DNA of 64,000 nucleotides, from positions 2,112,001-2,176,000 of the forward strand of contig OZ244991.1 of assembly GCA_965223335.1 (NCBI GenBank), read 5' to 3'. The translations under genes and the position numbers were made by a program. The DNA is from Thermodesulfobacteriota bacterium. Its GTDB lineage: Bacteria; Desulfobacterota_D; UBA1144; Nemesobacterales; UBA2774. Under the pieces are notes generated by a model, which was not told the DNA's origin, did no database searches, and saw only the letters and a program-made list of their open reading frames with translations. Shown here piece after piece: positions 1-10,548 of this stretch (position 1 is its first letter; each line of letters opens with the position of its first letter).

Positions 1-867
1 AAGGGCTAGTGCCAGGTTCTTGGCCTCGCCCTGGCTTGCGTATAGGGCAGCGTCGCGGGAGTTAAGGCTAAACTCGATCTTATCCCTTTGGGGCCCTGTG
101 GTGGTGTGCTTACGAGCTCTATCGAGCTTAAACCTCGAGATCAGTTCATCCTGAAACCCCTCTTCGATTTTTTGCTCCGAGTCATAATTGAAGGAGCTCT
201 CGTAGAAAATCTCGATTTTTGATTCTGTGCCCGAGCTCTCGCGGTAGATCCTCTCTACATGGGGTTTTAGCATCATAATGTAGTGAAGGCGTTTTCTTAT
301 GACCGCGGCACCGTGTTGTGCGATCCTCTCGTTCCATATATCCATATCGCGCTCTTTCAAGCCGGGGGATTTGGAGAGCACAGCGTTTCGCTGCGAGAGT
401 ATCCTAAAGTAGGTCCTTAGACTGCGGATGTGCTCGGGCTCCACACTGCATATGAGTGCGTCTATGTAGCGCCTCCGCTCTTGCGGTGTGCCTTTAACGA
501 GCACAAGGTCTGAGGGTAGAAACGAAACCGTATGGAACTTGCCCAGTATGGTGGCGGCTTTGTAAACGACCTTGCCGTTTAGTTTGATCGTTTTGTTGGC
601 ATCGGTAATATGCACGTGGATCTCGTCCAGGCCCCCGGATGATTCGACCTCGCCTTTAATTCCGCAGCTCTGCTCGCCGTTTCTGATGAGCTCTTTATTA
701 CGAGTGAGTCTAAAGGGTTTGGTCTTAAATAGAATATGGACGGCCTCTAGCAGGTTGGTTTTCCCGGCGGCGTTATAACCGTAGATGAGGTTGAATTTAT
801 CGTGGAAACTAAAGGTCTCTTGCCGGTAGGTTCTGAAGTTCTTTAAAGTCAGGGATTTTAGTATCAC
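1..867 (-). CDS. recF: DNA replication/repair protein RecF (3' end runs off window)
   Basis: Manual translation from GTG at 867: MILKSLTLKNFRTYRQETFSFHDKFNLIYGYNAAGKTNLLEAVHIL..., the RecF N-terminal Walker A; later F-L-P-S-D-L-V-L-V-K-G-T-P-Q-E-R-R-R-Y-I-D motif. Absent from the ORF track because it is truncated. Confidence 0.93.
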   Translation of the reverse strand, partial: MILKSLTLKNFRTYRQETFSFHDKFNLIYGYNAAGKTNLLEAVHILFKTKPFRLTRNKELIRNGEQSCGIKGEVESSGGLDEIHVHITDANKTIKLNGKVVYKAATILGKFHTVSFLPSDLVLVKGTPQERRRYIDALICSVEPEHIRSLRTYFRILSQRNAVLSKSPGLKERDMDIWNERIAQHGAAVIRKRLHYIMMLKPHVERIYRESSGTESKIEIFYESSFNYDSEQKIEEGFQDELISRFKLDRARKHTTTGPQRDKIEFSLNSRDAALYASQGEAKNLALAL

Positions 868-991
868 TTGAGCCCGCTTGGAGGATAAGTTTAATGGAAT
901 TATAAATAATTGGTAAAATTTGTTCAATTCATTGTTCTTGACCCCCTATAGCCCCAGCGGTATTATCTTTTATGTAGCCAGGAGTGTGTGA

Positions 992-3106
992 ATGAAAGCA
1001 CTAAAAATCTGCGAAATTGCCCATAAAGACTCGTGCAAGGGAGTAGCGCGCCTAAGCTCTCTGGATATGGAGGAGCTGGGTGTAAGTGCATGGGACATTG
1101 TGGAGGTGGGTGGGAAGCGAAAGACCATGGTCAGGGTCATGCCGCTTGAGAAGGCAAACGGCCAAAAATCGATCATCGAACTTGACGGGGTGACGCGCGA
1201 GAATGTGCGTGCCGAGCTGGACGACCAGGTCTTTGTAAAAAAAGTAGAGAGTAAAACAGCCACAAAAGTAGTCTTGGCCCCCCACAGCACTGACCTGCTC
1301 TATAACGGCAATGAGGGCAAGTACCTGTTGGATCGCCTAGATGGTTTTCCCATAACCGTGGGGGATAAGCTTAGGATTAACCTGCCGGGGAGGAGCACCG
1401 AGGATTTTCAGGTCCTAGGCACCATACCTGCCGAGTCGGTGGTGATCCGCTCCACTACTAAACTCGACATTAGAAAACGGCCCAAGACCAAAGTAGACAA
1501 CTCGCGCATTACATATGAGGACATAGGCGGGCTCGGCGAGCAGATAAGAAAGGTCCGAGAGATAGTAGAGATCCCGCTTAAGTACCCGCAATTATTCGAT
1601 AAGATGGGGATTGATCCCCCGCGCGGACTGCTGCTGGTAGGCCCGCCGGGCAGTGGTAAGACCATGCTTGCAAAGGCCGTTGCCCACGAAACCAACGCCA
1701 ATTTTCAGGTCATAAACGGCCCCGAGGTAATGCATAAGTTCTATGGGGAGAGCGAGGCCAGGTTGCGGGATATTTTTGAAATTGCCACGCGCAACCAGCC
1801 CTCTATCATATTGCTCGATGAACTTGACGCTATCGCACCCAAGCGCGAGAAGGTATCAGGGGATGTGGAAAAGAGGATCGTAGCACAGCTCCTATCGCTT
1901 ATGGACGGGCTTAGTCAAAGGGGTAAGGTAGTGGTGATCGGTGCTACGAACCTGCCGTCGTCAATCGATCCGGCGCTTAGGAGGCCCGGGCGCTTTGACC
2001 GCGAGATAAGTCTCGATGTGCCTGATAGAAACGGCAGGGTGCATATACTCGAGATATACACTCGCGGGATGCCGCTTGCGGGCGATATAGATCTTGAGCG
2101 TCTTGCGGACCTCACACACGGCTTTGTGGGTGCCGATATAGAGAACCTCTGCCGTGAGTCTGCCATGAAGGCACTCAGGTCGGCGGTGCCGGACTTTGAG
2201 TTTGATGCAGAGGTCACAAACTTTGAAGATATCTCACCCCTAGAGGTCGGGATGGAGCACTTTCTGGATGCCCTCAAAGACGTGGAGCCCTCGGCCATAA
2301 GGGAGATCTTTGTAGAGATACCAAAGGTCACATGGGAGGATGTAGGGGGGCTCGGGGATATTAAAGAGAGGCTGACCGAGTCTGTGATATGGCCTATACA
2401 GCACCGCGAGGTGTTTGAGGCCGCGTTAACAAAGGCCCCAAAAGGTATAATCTTCTCAGGCCCCCCGGGCACTGGTAAAACACTACTTGCCAAGGCACTG
2501 GCCAACCAGAGCGGGGCTAACTTTATATCCATAAAAGGTGCGGAGATATTCTCTAAATACGTAGGGGAGTCGGAGCATGCTATACGCGAGGTGTTTAGGA
2601 AGGCAAAGCAGGTCTCGCCCTCGATTGTGTTTTTTGACGAGATCGACGCCATAGCACCGCCAAGGCGCGAGAGCGACGGCACGCGTGTTACGGAAAGAGT
2701 CGTAAGCCAGCTGCTTATCGAGATGGACGGGGTCGAGGAGCTACGTGACGTGCTTGTACTGGCCGCCACTAACCGCCTCGATATGGTAGACCCGGCAATA
2801 CTGCGCGCCGGGAGGTTCGACCTGATACTCAACATCCCCTACCCTGACGAAAAAGCACTCTATGAGATCCTCAGAATCCATACCAAGGACAAACCGCTTG
2901 GAAGGGACGTGAAATTAAAAGCGCTTGCTAAAGAGACAGTAGGATTTACAGGGGCTGATATAGAGCTGTTATCGCACCGCTCGAGTGTGCTTGCAATTAG
3001 GGACTATCTGAAAAAAAAGAAAAAAACCCTTACAATCTCTGAGCGCCACATACTAGAGGCGCTTAAGGAAATCAAAGGCAAAATCAATACGGAATCTACT
3101 GACTAA
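992..3106 (+). CDS. CDC48/VCP (p97-like) double AAA+ ATPase
   Basis: N-domain followed by two AAA modules (GPPGSGKT / GPPGTGKT; LLDELD / FFDEID; SRH RRPGRFDRE / LRAGRFD) and 'TYEDIGGL' / 'TWEDVGGL' starts. Confidence 0.93.
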   Translation: MKALKICEIAHKDSCKGVARLSSLDMEELGVSAWDIVEVGGKRKTMVRVMPLEKANGQKSIIELDGVTRENVRAELDDQVFVKKVESKTATKVVLAPHSTDLLYNGNEGKYLLDRLDGFPITVGDKLRINLPGRSTEDFQVLGTIPAESVVIRSTTKLDIRKRPKTKVDNSRITYEDIGGLGEQIRKVREIVEIPLKYPQLFDKMGIDPPRGLLLVGPPGSGKTMLAKAVAHETNANFQVINGPEVMHKFYGESEARLRDIFEIATRNQPSIILLDELDAIAPKREKVSGDVEKRIVAQLLSLMDGLSQRGKVVVIGATNLPSSIDPALRRPGRFDREISLDVPDRNGRVHILEIYTRGMPLAGDIDLERLADLTHGFVGADIENLCRESAMKALRSAVPDFEFDAEVTNFEDISPLEVGMEHFLDALKDVEPSAIREIFVEIPKVTWEDVGGLGDIKERLTESVIWPIQHREVFEAALTKAPKGIIFSGPPGTGKTLLAKALANQSGANFISIKGAEIFSKYVGESEHAIREVFRKAKQVSPSIVFFDEIDAIAPPRRESDGTRVTERVVSQLLIEMDGVEELRDVLVLAATNRLDMVDPAILRAGRFDLILNIPYPDEKALYEILRIHTKDKPLGRDVKLKALAKETVGFTGADIELLSHRSSVLAIRDYLKKKKKTLTISERHILEALKEIKGKINTESTD

Positions 3107-3126
3107 GGCCGATCTAGGATAATAAT

Positions 3127-3972
3127 TTGCCACAATTCGAAGTCAATAACACAGTGTTGTACGTGATAAGCTTTATTTTTGGTGCTGTGGTGGGGAGTTT
3201 CTTAAACGTCTGCATATACAGGCTGCCCAGAGAGGAGTCGATTGTGTTCCCGCCCTCGCACTGCACGGACTGTGGGACGGGGATAAAGGCCTACCATAAT
3301 ATCCCTATACTGAGCTATCTGTTCCTGGGTGGTAAGTGTGCAAGTTGCGGCTCGCGGATATCGTTCATGTACCCTTTTGTAGAGGCGCTTTCTGGGCTTT
3401 TGCTGCTGTTTATATTCTGGAAATACGGTCTCTCATGGCCGACACTGTTTTACACAATTTTTGCGTTCTCTTTAGTGGTCATCACGTTCATTGACCTCGA
3501 ACACTTCATAATCCCAAACGTAATTACGTTCCCGGGGGTGGCTGTGGGCCTTATTTTTAATGCAATCATCACCGACTGGGCTAAATTTCCCGAGGTTTGG
3601 GGAGCCGTTGAGCATGACGTCATAGGGCTATTTCAGCTGGCTGCTCATGTGCCTGTGGTTGACGGGGTCTTGGGTGCAATACTGGGCGGCGGGGTGCTCT
3701 ATTTGATCGCCTTTCTATACGAGCTTATACGAAAGCGCGAGGGAATGGGTATGGGTGATGTAAAGCTGCTTGCGATGATAGGGGCGTTTTTGGGGTGGAA
3801 GGGAGTGATCTTTGTGGCATTTGTGAGTTCGTTGTTGGGCACTATAGTAGGTATTTCCATTATACTCTATCAAAGAGGGGACCTTAAGTATGCTATCCCG
3901 TTCGGTCCTTTCCTGTCGATTGCAGCAATCATATATATATTCACAGGCGGTTTCAGCTTTAGTTTTAATTAA
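3127..3972 (+). CDS. pilD: Prepilin peptidase/N-methyltransferase (A24)
   Basis: GSFLNVCIYRLP, two CxxC pairs, 'FIDLEH', 'GMGDVKL', 'IPFGPFL'. Confidence 0.95.
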   Translation: MPQFEVNNTVLYVISFIFGAVVGSFLNVCIYRLPREESIVFPPSHCTDCGTGIKAYHNIPILSYLFLGGKCASCGSRISFMYPFVEALSGLLLLFIFWKYGLSWPTLFYTIFAFSLVVITFIDLEHFIIPNVITFPGVAVGLIFNAIITDWAKFPEVWGAVEHDVIGLFQLAAHVPVVDGVLGAILGGGVLYLIAFLYELIRKREGMGMGDVKLLAMIGAFLGWKGVIFVAFVSSLLGTIVGISIILYQRGDLKYAIPFGPFLSIAAIIYIFTGGFSFSFN

Positions 3973-4055
3973 TCTAGCAATTTGTTTTACCTAGCGGGTA
4001 CAAGATTTATGAGTGTTGTCGAGAGTCTAGAAGTAGTGCATGTAATTCAGCATCC

Positions 4056-5543
4056 GTGGGGGGGACGATGAGGCCGATTGGGCTTAGGGCAGAGTTGTTG
4101 CTTAACATTCTGCTGCTTACCGCAGTGGCCATGTTTTTGGTCGGTGTGATAGCGTTTAAGGTGACCGAGAGGTTTGCACTCCAGGGCCAGATCGATGGGC
4201 TTGAGTCTGTGGCTGCTGCGTTTGATGACGCCTATCTGGAGGAGGGAGACACCGAGGAGGGGGTGGAGTTTGTAAAAGAGGTGTTGGAGCCGGGTGCGTG
4301 GGGGGTGGTTGCCCGAGGGGGCAAACGGACGGAGTTTAGCAAACCGGGCGAGGAGCTTGATGAGTCGGCAAATAAAAGCGACCCGCTTATACTCGAGGCC
4401 ATAAACAGCGGGAGGACCGCTGTTAGGGTATACGGTTATAACCTGCCTCCGTTTTCAACATTTGAGTCCCTAAAAGTAGCCGTGCCGCTCTCGCAAAGCG
4501 GAGATGTGCTTCTTATGCATCAGCCGCTTAAGTCGTTTGATAAGAGCATAATTTTAAGCCAGAAACTAATAGCACTTTGGATAATACTGTTTTTAATTGT
4601 TATAGCACTTTTCGGCTACTACCTGATCTCAAGACGCGTGGTTAAACCGATGGACAGGCTCATAAGAGCGACTGAGAATATTGCAAAGGGCCGCCCGCCG
4701 CACGATGTGGACACGGGCAATGTAAACGAGATCGAGAAGCTCCACAATGCGCTCTGCGATATGTATGACGAGATAGAGCTAAGCAAGTCGGAGCTAAGCG
4801 GCAAGATTGATGAACTTGAGGACGCCAATAAAAAATTGTTAGACGCACAAAGGGAGCTCATTGCAGCAGAGAAGCTTGCGTCGTTGGGTAAGCTCTCGGC
4901 GGGTGTGGCGCACGAGATCGGCAACCCCCTTTCTGCAATAAGAGGGTATCTAGAGGTGCTTGTAGGCGGCGATCTTAGCGATGAGACGAAAAAAGCCGAG
5001 ATCCTAACAAACATAGAGAACGAGACGGGGCGGATTGACAGGATCATACACACACTTTTGGACTACTCACGGCCGCGCGATGCAATGACAAGGCCCATAC
5101 AGCTAAACGAGGTTGTACGCCAGAGTGTGGAGATTGTAAGCAGCCAGGGTGTGGCAAAGAACATAAACATAGTGCTTGATCTTAAGGATCCACTTCCTGA
5201 GATTGAGGGCGATCCGCACCAGATCTCGCAGGTTTTCATAAACCTCCTGCTTAACTCACGCGATGCGATGAACGATAGCGGTGAGATACGTATATCGAGC
5301 GATTTTGAGCCCGACCAGGATATCATGATTGTGTTTGAGGATACGGGAGGGGGTATTGAGCCCCTAAATCACGACAGAATCTTTGACCCCTTTTTCACTA
5401 CTAAAGAGCCCGGGCAGGGTACAGGGCTAGGGCTTTCTGTGTCTGCGAGGATTGTAGAGAACTTTGGGGGTACAATTAAGGTAGACGGAAGCTATAGCGA
5501 GGGGGCCAGGTTTGTGATCACATTCCCTGAGGCCACCGAGTAA
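4056..5543 (+). CDS. Membrane sensor histidine kinase (HAMP-HisKA-HATPase), PilS-like
   Basis: Two TM segments, H-box AHEIGNPL, N/G boxes (DTGGGI, FFTTK, GTGLGL); adjacent to pilD and a sigma54 regulator. Start may be ATG 4068. Confidence 0.88.
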   Translation: MGGTMRPIGLRAELLLNILLLTAVAMFLVGVIAFKVTERFALQGQIDGLESVAAAFDDAYLEEGDTEEGVEFVKEVLEPGAWGVVARGGKRTEFSKPGEELDESANKSDPLILEAINSGRTAVRVYGYNLPPFSTFESLKVAVPLSQSGDVLLMHQPLKSFDKSIILSQKLIALWIILFLIVIALFGYYLISRRVVKPMDRLIRATENIAKGRPPHDVDTGNVNEIEKLHNALCDMYDEIELSKSELSGKIDELEDANKKLLDAQRELIAAEKLASLGKLSAGVAHEIGNPLSAIRGYLEVLVGGDLSDETKKAEILTNIENETGRIDRIIHTLLDYSRPRDAMTRPIQLNEVVRQSVEIVSSQGVAKNINIVLDLKDPLPEIEGDPHQISQVFINLLLNSRDAMNDSGEIRISSDFEPDQDIMIVFEDTGGGIEPLNHDRIFDPFFTTKEPGQGTGLGLSVSARIVENFGGTIKVDGSYSEGARFVITFPEATE

Positions 5544-5547
5544 AAAG

Positions 5548-6903
5548 ATGCCGAGAATATTAGTAATTGACGATGAAGCCGGGGTTCGCGAATCGCTTGG
5601 GATGATACTCGAGTCCAAGGGCTATAGCGTGGACAGCTCCCCGAGTGCCCTCGAGGGTCTCGAATTGATCGACTCCGGGAAGAGCTACGATTTTATTATA
5701 TCGGATATTAGGATGCCGGGGCTAAGCGGCCTTGATTTTCTAAAGGAACTAAGGGGCCGTGACGTGGGTTCGATAGTGATTATGATTTCTGCATACGGCT
5801 CTGTGGAGACATCTGTTGAGGCCATAAAAAACGGGGCCGACGACTACATAAATAAACCCATTGTCACCGAGGAGCTCATACTGAGGATGAAAATGGCCGA
5901 AGAGAAAAAGAGGCTTCGGCGAGAGAACGTCTATCTGCGTAAAGAGCTCGGCAGCACAGACGAGTTCTCTGACATTATCACCGAGTCAGAGAATATGCTT
6001 GAGGTCATATATCTTGCCGAAAAGGCGTCGCAGTTTAAGACCACGGTACTCATAGTGGGTGAGAGCGGCACCGGTAAGGAGCTAATCGCAAAAGCGATCC
6101 ACCGCGGTAGCAATAGGAGCCAAAAACCATTTGTGGCCGTTAATTGTGCGGCGATACCCGAGACCCTGCTCGAAAGTGAGCTCTTTGGGTACATGAAGGG
6201 TGCGTTTAGCGGTGCGGACACTACAAAAAGAGGGTTATTTGAAGAGGCCGATAACGGTACGATATTTTTAGATGAGATAGGCGAGTTTCCACTATTGTTG
6301 CAGCCCAAGCTGCTTAGGGTGCTGCAGGAGCAGGAGATAAGGCGGCTTGGGGACACTAAAACCATAAACATCGATGTTAGGGTGGTTACGGCAACCTCGA
6401 GGGACCTGGAACAGGAGGTGGAGGAAGGGAGGTTTAGAAGCGACCTCTATTACAGATTAAATGTGTTCCCTATATCTATGCCCCCGCTTAGGGAGCGCTT
6501 GGACGATATCCCCGCACTGGTGACCCATTTTATAGAGAAGAATAACGATCAGTTCGGTAAAAAGATTACGGGGGTTGCACCCGAGGCGCTGGAACAGCTG
6601 ATGAAGTACCCTTGGCATGGGAATATAAGAGAGCTCGAAAACGTGGTCGAGAGAGCGATGATAGTGTCCGACACGCCCGAAATTACCGATTTTGATTTAG
6701 GAGACGGGGGTGTTAAAAGCAAAATGGATCTTGATAACTGGCTCGTGACACATTCATTTGATGAGGCTAAAAAAGAGCTGGAACAGCTATACATTCAAAA
6801 CGCTCTTAAACAAACGGGGGGCAACCGCACCAAAGCCGCAAAACTGTTGGGTATTAGCAGGCGCTCACTTCTGTATAAGATAAAGGATTTGGAGGACTCG
6901 TAG
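5548..6903 (+). CDS. Sigma54-dependent response regulator (NtrC/PilR family)
   Basis: REC domain, GESGTGKE, ESELFG..GAFSGA, C-terminal Fis HTH (GNRTKAAKLLGISRRSL). Confidence 0.93.
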   Translation: MPRILVIDDEAGVRESLGMILESKGYSVDSSPSALEGLELIDSGKSYDFIISDIRMPGLSGLDFLKELRGRDVGSIVIMISAYGSVETSVEAIKNGADDYINKPIVTEELILRMKMAEEKKRLRRENVYLRKELGSTDEFSDIITESENMLEVIYLAEKASQFKTTVLIVGESGTGKELIAKAIHRGSNRSQKPFVAVNCAAIPETLLESELFGYMKGAFSGADTTKRGLFEEADNGTIFLDEIGEFPLLLQPKLLRVLQEQEIRRLGDTKTINIDVRVVTATSRDLEQEVEEGRFRSDLYYRLNVFPISMPPLRERLDDIPALVTHFIEKNNDQFGKKITGVAPEALEQLMKYPWHGNIRELENVVERAMIVSDTPEITDFDLGDGGVKSKMDLDNWLVTHSFDEAKKELEQLYIQNALKQTGGNRTKAAKLLGISRRSLLYKIKDLEDS

Positions 6904-6962
6904 CCAGTACTATCGAGTGTACACATTTAAACCACCTAGGGCGAGTGAAACGGTAACCATAC

Positions 6963-8360
6963 ATGTCTAAAAAGATTGTTGTAGTTGGAGGGGGTGTTGC
7001 GGGTTTAAGTGCCGCGCACCGGGTAAAGGAGCTTGCCGAGCAGAGGGGGGTTGACGTTGATCTAGTTTTGTTTGAGGCGGGTCCAAGAGCCGGTGGTGTA
7101 ATATCCACGGTAAAAACGGACGGCTATCTAGTCGAGATGGGGCCCGATATGTTTATTACCAATAAGCCTTGGGCATTGGACCTGACCAAGCGGCTTGGCC
7201 TCGAATCGGAACTAATTTCCACCAACGATGAGAACCGCAGGGCGTTTGTGCTCTTAAACGGTGAGCTTGTAGCTGTGCCCGAGGGCTTTTTGATGTTGGC
7301 ACCCTCAAAGATAAAACCCTTTCTATCGACTCCGCTTTTTAGCTGGGCCACAAAGCTCAGGATGCTCTGTGACCTGTTTATACCGAGCTCTGTGAAGCGT
7401 GACGAGAGCCTGGCCTCGTTTGTGAGAAGGAGGCTCGGGCGTGAGGCCCTAGAACGCGGGGCTGAGCCGCTTATAAGCGGGGTTTACACAGCTGACGCCG
7501 AGAAACTGAGCCTGCGCGCCACTATGCCCCAGTTTGTAGAGATGGAGGAGCAGTTTGGAAGCCTCATACTCGCGATGCTAAACAAAAACAGCAAATCAAG
7601 TGAGGACAGCGGCGCGCGCTACAGCATGTTTATGAGTTTTAGGGATGGGATGCAGACACTTATCGATAGTTTGGTTGAATCACTTCCAAAAGATACCCTT
7701 CACCTAAAAACTCCTGTAGATAAAATCTATAGGCATAAGACCGGGTGGAAACTAAAGACCGGCCGTAAGCTTACAATAGCCGACGGAGTGATCATTACCG
7801 CACCCTCGCATGCAACGTCGGAGATGCTCACCGAGGTCGATGCAAATTTAAGTAGTTCAATAGCATCTATCCCCCACGCATCGTCGGCAGTGGCAGTGCT
7901 TGGGTACAGGGCTACAGACATAGGAGATAAACTGGACGGGTTTGGGTTTGTGGTACCCAGGATCGAGGGGCGGGACATAATAGCATGCTCTTATAGCAGC
8001 GTTAAATTTGACGGTAGAACCCCTGAGGGCACACAGTTGCTGCGTGTGTTTATGGGCGGGGCCACAAATGAGCAAATCCTTGACAAATCGGACTATGAGC
8101 TTATAGATATTGCCACTCGAGAGATAGAGCCTATACTCAAAATAAAAGCGAAACCGCAATTGAAGCTCTTGGCCCGTTATCCCAACGCCATGCCCCAGTA
8201 CCATGTGGGACACATAGACAAGGTAAACGCTATAATGAGCCTACTAGACGGTCATAAAGGCCTTGCCGTGGGGGGCCTTGCATATCGAGGGGTAGGCATA
8301 CCCGACTCAGTTCACTCGGGCGAGATTGCCGCTGAGAAGGTCGTCACAGACCTGTTCTAA
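6963..8360 (+). CDS. hemY: Protoporphyrinogen/coproporphyrinogen oxidase (HemY family)
   Basis: GGGVAGLSAA FAD motif, GFGFVVP, MPQYHVGH, GVGIPD. Confidence 0.9.
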   Translation: MSKKIVVVGGGVAGLSAAHRVKELAEQRGVDVDLVLFEAGPRAGGVISTVKTDGYLVEMGPDMFITNKPWALDLTKRLGLESELISTNDENRRAFVLLNGELVAVPEGFLMLAPSKIKPFLSTPLFSWATKLRMLCDLFIPSSVKRDESLASFVRRRLGREALERGAEPLISGVYTADAEKLSLRATMPQFVEMEEQFGSLILAMLNKNSKSSEDSGARYSMFMSFRDGMQTLIDSLVESLPKDTLHLKTPVDKIYRHKTGWKLKTGRKLTIADGVIITAPSHATSEMLTEVDANLSSSIASIPHASSAVAVLGYRATDIGDKLDGFGFVVPRIEGRDIIACSYSSVKFDGRTPEGTQLLRVFMGGATNEQILDKSDYELIDIATREIEPILKIKAKPQLKLLARYPNAMPQYHVGHIDKVNAIMSLLDGHKGLAVGGLAYRGVGIPDSVHSGEIAAEKVVTDLF

Positions 8361-8370
8361 CCAATAAACG

Positions 8371-8982
8371 CTATGGCCCGAAGGGGTTTTGAGTCTCTAC
8401 ACTGGGCTCTGTCTTTAGCTGAGTTCGCCTGTTGTGGCGTCTGTATAGAGCCCTGCCGCCGTAGAATAAGAGCCCGAGAACTAGCACTGCTGCTACAACG
8501 GGTATCGCGATTGCGAGAATCGACATTATAAGTGAGCTGCCTGCCTCGACGGTAGATACAACCGGGTTGGCAAGCCCTCCTGTGGTTGCAGTCGATCCCA
8601 GTCTGGTAACTGTTGTAAGCCCCTGTACGGTGCCTGCAACACCACCGCCGACAATCACAGCCAGGGACCATTTTAGTATCGGACTCATCTCTGTTACTGC
8701 CGAGGCCATTACAACAGTGCCTGCTACAGTTGCGGCCGGGATGGCCACGGTGTCGAGCAAGTTGTCTAGCCAAGGTACATAGTATGCTGAAATCTCTAGG
8801 AACGATGCGACTGCAAATGCGCTAAGTGCAGGGTATGTACCAATCCATTCGAATTCGGGTGAAAGAGTCATGTGGCCGGACATGGATGCCGCGCTCATTA
8901 CGAGCAGCGGTAAAAACACTCTAAATCCGGCAGCTGCACTCAATCCAACGCCTAAAAATAAGGCTAATATGGTGTCTTCCAT
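8371..8982 (-). CDS. DUF4126 family membrane protein
   Basis: GLSAAAGFRVFLPLL, YYVPWLDNLLD, GGLANPVVSTVE. Confidence 0.85.
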   Translation of the reverse strand: MEDTILALFLGVGLSAAAGFRVFLPLLVMSAASMSGHMTLSPEFEWIGTYPALSAFAVASFLEISAYYVPWLDNLLDTVAIPAATVAGTVVMASAVTEMSPILKWSLAVIVGGGVAGTVQGLTTVTRLGSTATTGGLANPVVSTVEAGSSLIMSILAIAIPVVAAVLVLGLLFYGGRALYRRHNRRTQLKTEPSVETQNPFGP

Positions 8983-9057
8983 TCTGTTTTGCCCTCCTAT
9001 TTATAGTATAGGTATGGGCTTTGTAAAATCAAGAAAAATATATGTATTTAACTACTG

Positions 9058-9480
9058 TTATGCCTTTTTTATCTCTGCTATCTTTATGTTAAATGTGATG
9101 GATTTGCCGGCGTAGGGGTGGTTGTAGTTGAGCTCGACACCCTGCTCGGAAACGTTGGATATATAGCAGTTGCCCTCGGGGGTTTTAAATATCATGCCTA
9201 CCTCGGGTTTTATGTTGATCTCTTCGAAGTGTTCGGGCTGTATAGTTTGGATAAGACCCGGGTTTTCGTTGCCGTATGCTTCCTCGGGGGTAACGTGCAC
9301 CTCTTTCTCCTCGCCCTCGGTCATTCCTACTATGGCTTTATCAAGCCCCGGGATGAGTTTGCCCGAGCCTATTTCTGCCGTCATGGGCTCTTCGTCAAAG
9401 GAATGAAACTCCTGCCCGCCGTCGATCACCCCCTGGTACTGTATCGTTACGGTGTCGCCCTTTTCTACTGTATTGCTCAT
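9058..9480 (-). CDS. FKBP-type peptidyl-prolyl isomerase (SlyD/FkpB-like)
   Basis: LIPGLDKAIVGM..GEEK, PEEAYG, NHPYAGKSITF. Confidence 0.9.
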   Translation of the reverse strand: MSNTVEKGDTVTIQYQGVIDGGQEFHSFDEEPMTAEIGSGKLIPGLDKAIVGMTEGEEKEVHVTPEEAYGNENPGLIQTIQPEHFEEINIKPEVGMIFKTPEGNCYISNVSEQGVELNYNHPYAGKSITFNIKIAEIKKA

Positions 9481-9698
9481 ACTGTTTACCCCCCTCTGTA
9501 TAATAGCATTACTACTGGTTTACAAGTTGCCTAAGCGATATTTTCTTTACTTTTGGGACTCCGAATTCAGGTATTGATAATAACACCGATATAACGAAAT
9601 AGCGAACTTCTGTGAACGACCAGGCTTTCTTGATAATAAGAGCCCGATCCTATATACTTTTCACTTATTTCCAACACATCTAACGGAGAGTAAAAGCC

Positions 9699-10460
9699 AT
9701 GAAATTACAAGATAAAGTCGCACTTATCACGGGTGGCAGCATGGGGCTCGGCAAGGCTACGGCCATACTGTTCGCGGAGGAAGGGGCCAAAGTCACAATC
9801 ACGGGACGTACGGAAGAAACCCTTAAGGCCGTGCAGGACGAGGCCAAATCCAAGGGACTCGATATCGAGTATCTAGTAAGCGATGTATCAAGCGAAGAGG
9901 ACTGCAAATCGGCAGTAGAGCAGGTGGTGGATAAACACGGCAGGATAGACATTCTCTTTAACAACGCCGGGGTATTGTACACGGCTAACACACACGAGAC
10001 TGATACGGAGATATGGGACAAAACCTTCGATATTAACGTGAAGGGAACGTTCTTTATGTCTAAGTTTGCGATCCCGCACATGCTTGAACAGGGCTACGGG
10101 TGTATAGTGAATAACTCTTCAGTGCTGGGGTTAAAGGCAGTGCCGGGAGTGGCCGCTTATAACGCCACAAAGGGTGCGGTGACACAGCTTACACGCAGTA
10201 TGGCGCTTGAGTACGCTGACAAGGGTATTAGGGTAAACGCAATTTGCCCGGGTACGATTGTTACACCTATGGTCGAGGGCCTATTTGATGCTATGCCCGA
10301 CCGCTCAGGGGCCGAGGAGCTCTTTAAGTCGTTTCACCCCATAGGCCGGCTCGGAACCCCGGATGAGATAGCACACTCGGTGCTCTTTTTGTGCGAGGAC
10401 AATGTAGGGTTTATGACCGGTACTATGCTCTCGGTTGATGGCGGCTGGATTGCAAAGTAG
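9699..10460 (+). CDS. Short-chain dehydrogenase/reductase
   Basis: TGGSMGLG, NNAG, YNATK, IRVNAICPG. Confidence 0.93.
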   Translation: MKLQDKVALITGGSMGLGKATAILFAEEGAKVTITGRTEETLKAVQDEAKSKGLDIEYLVSDVSSEEDCKSAVEQVVDKHGRIDILFNNAGVLYTANTHETDTEIWDKTFDINVKGTFFMSKFAIPHMLEQGYGCIVNNSSVLGLKAVPGVAAYNATKGAVTQLTRSMALEYADKGIRVNAICPGTIVTPMVEGLFDAMPDRSGAEELFKSFHPIGRLGTPDEIAHSVLFLCEDNVGFMTGTMLSVDGGWIAK

Positions 10461-10548
10461 TTGCTTTACTTAAACCAGTGGTTTAATTTACAGTATATAA
10501 GTTTTACAAATCACTGGACAATCGTATAAAAAAAATGGTATAAATAAA

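Noticed and set aside
1915..2835. 306-aa antisense ORF and the many other shadow ORFs in the track
   Set aside because: They lie opposite or inside well-supported genes and have Ser-rich, motif-less translations typical of antisense frames.
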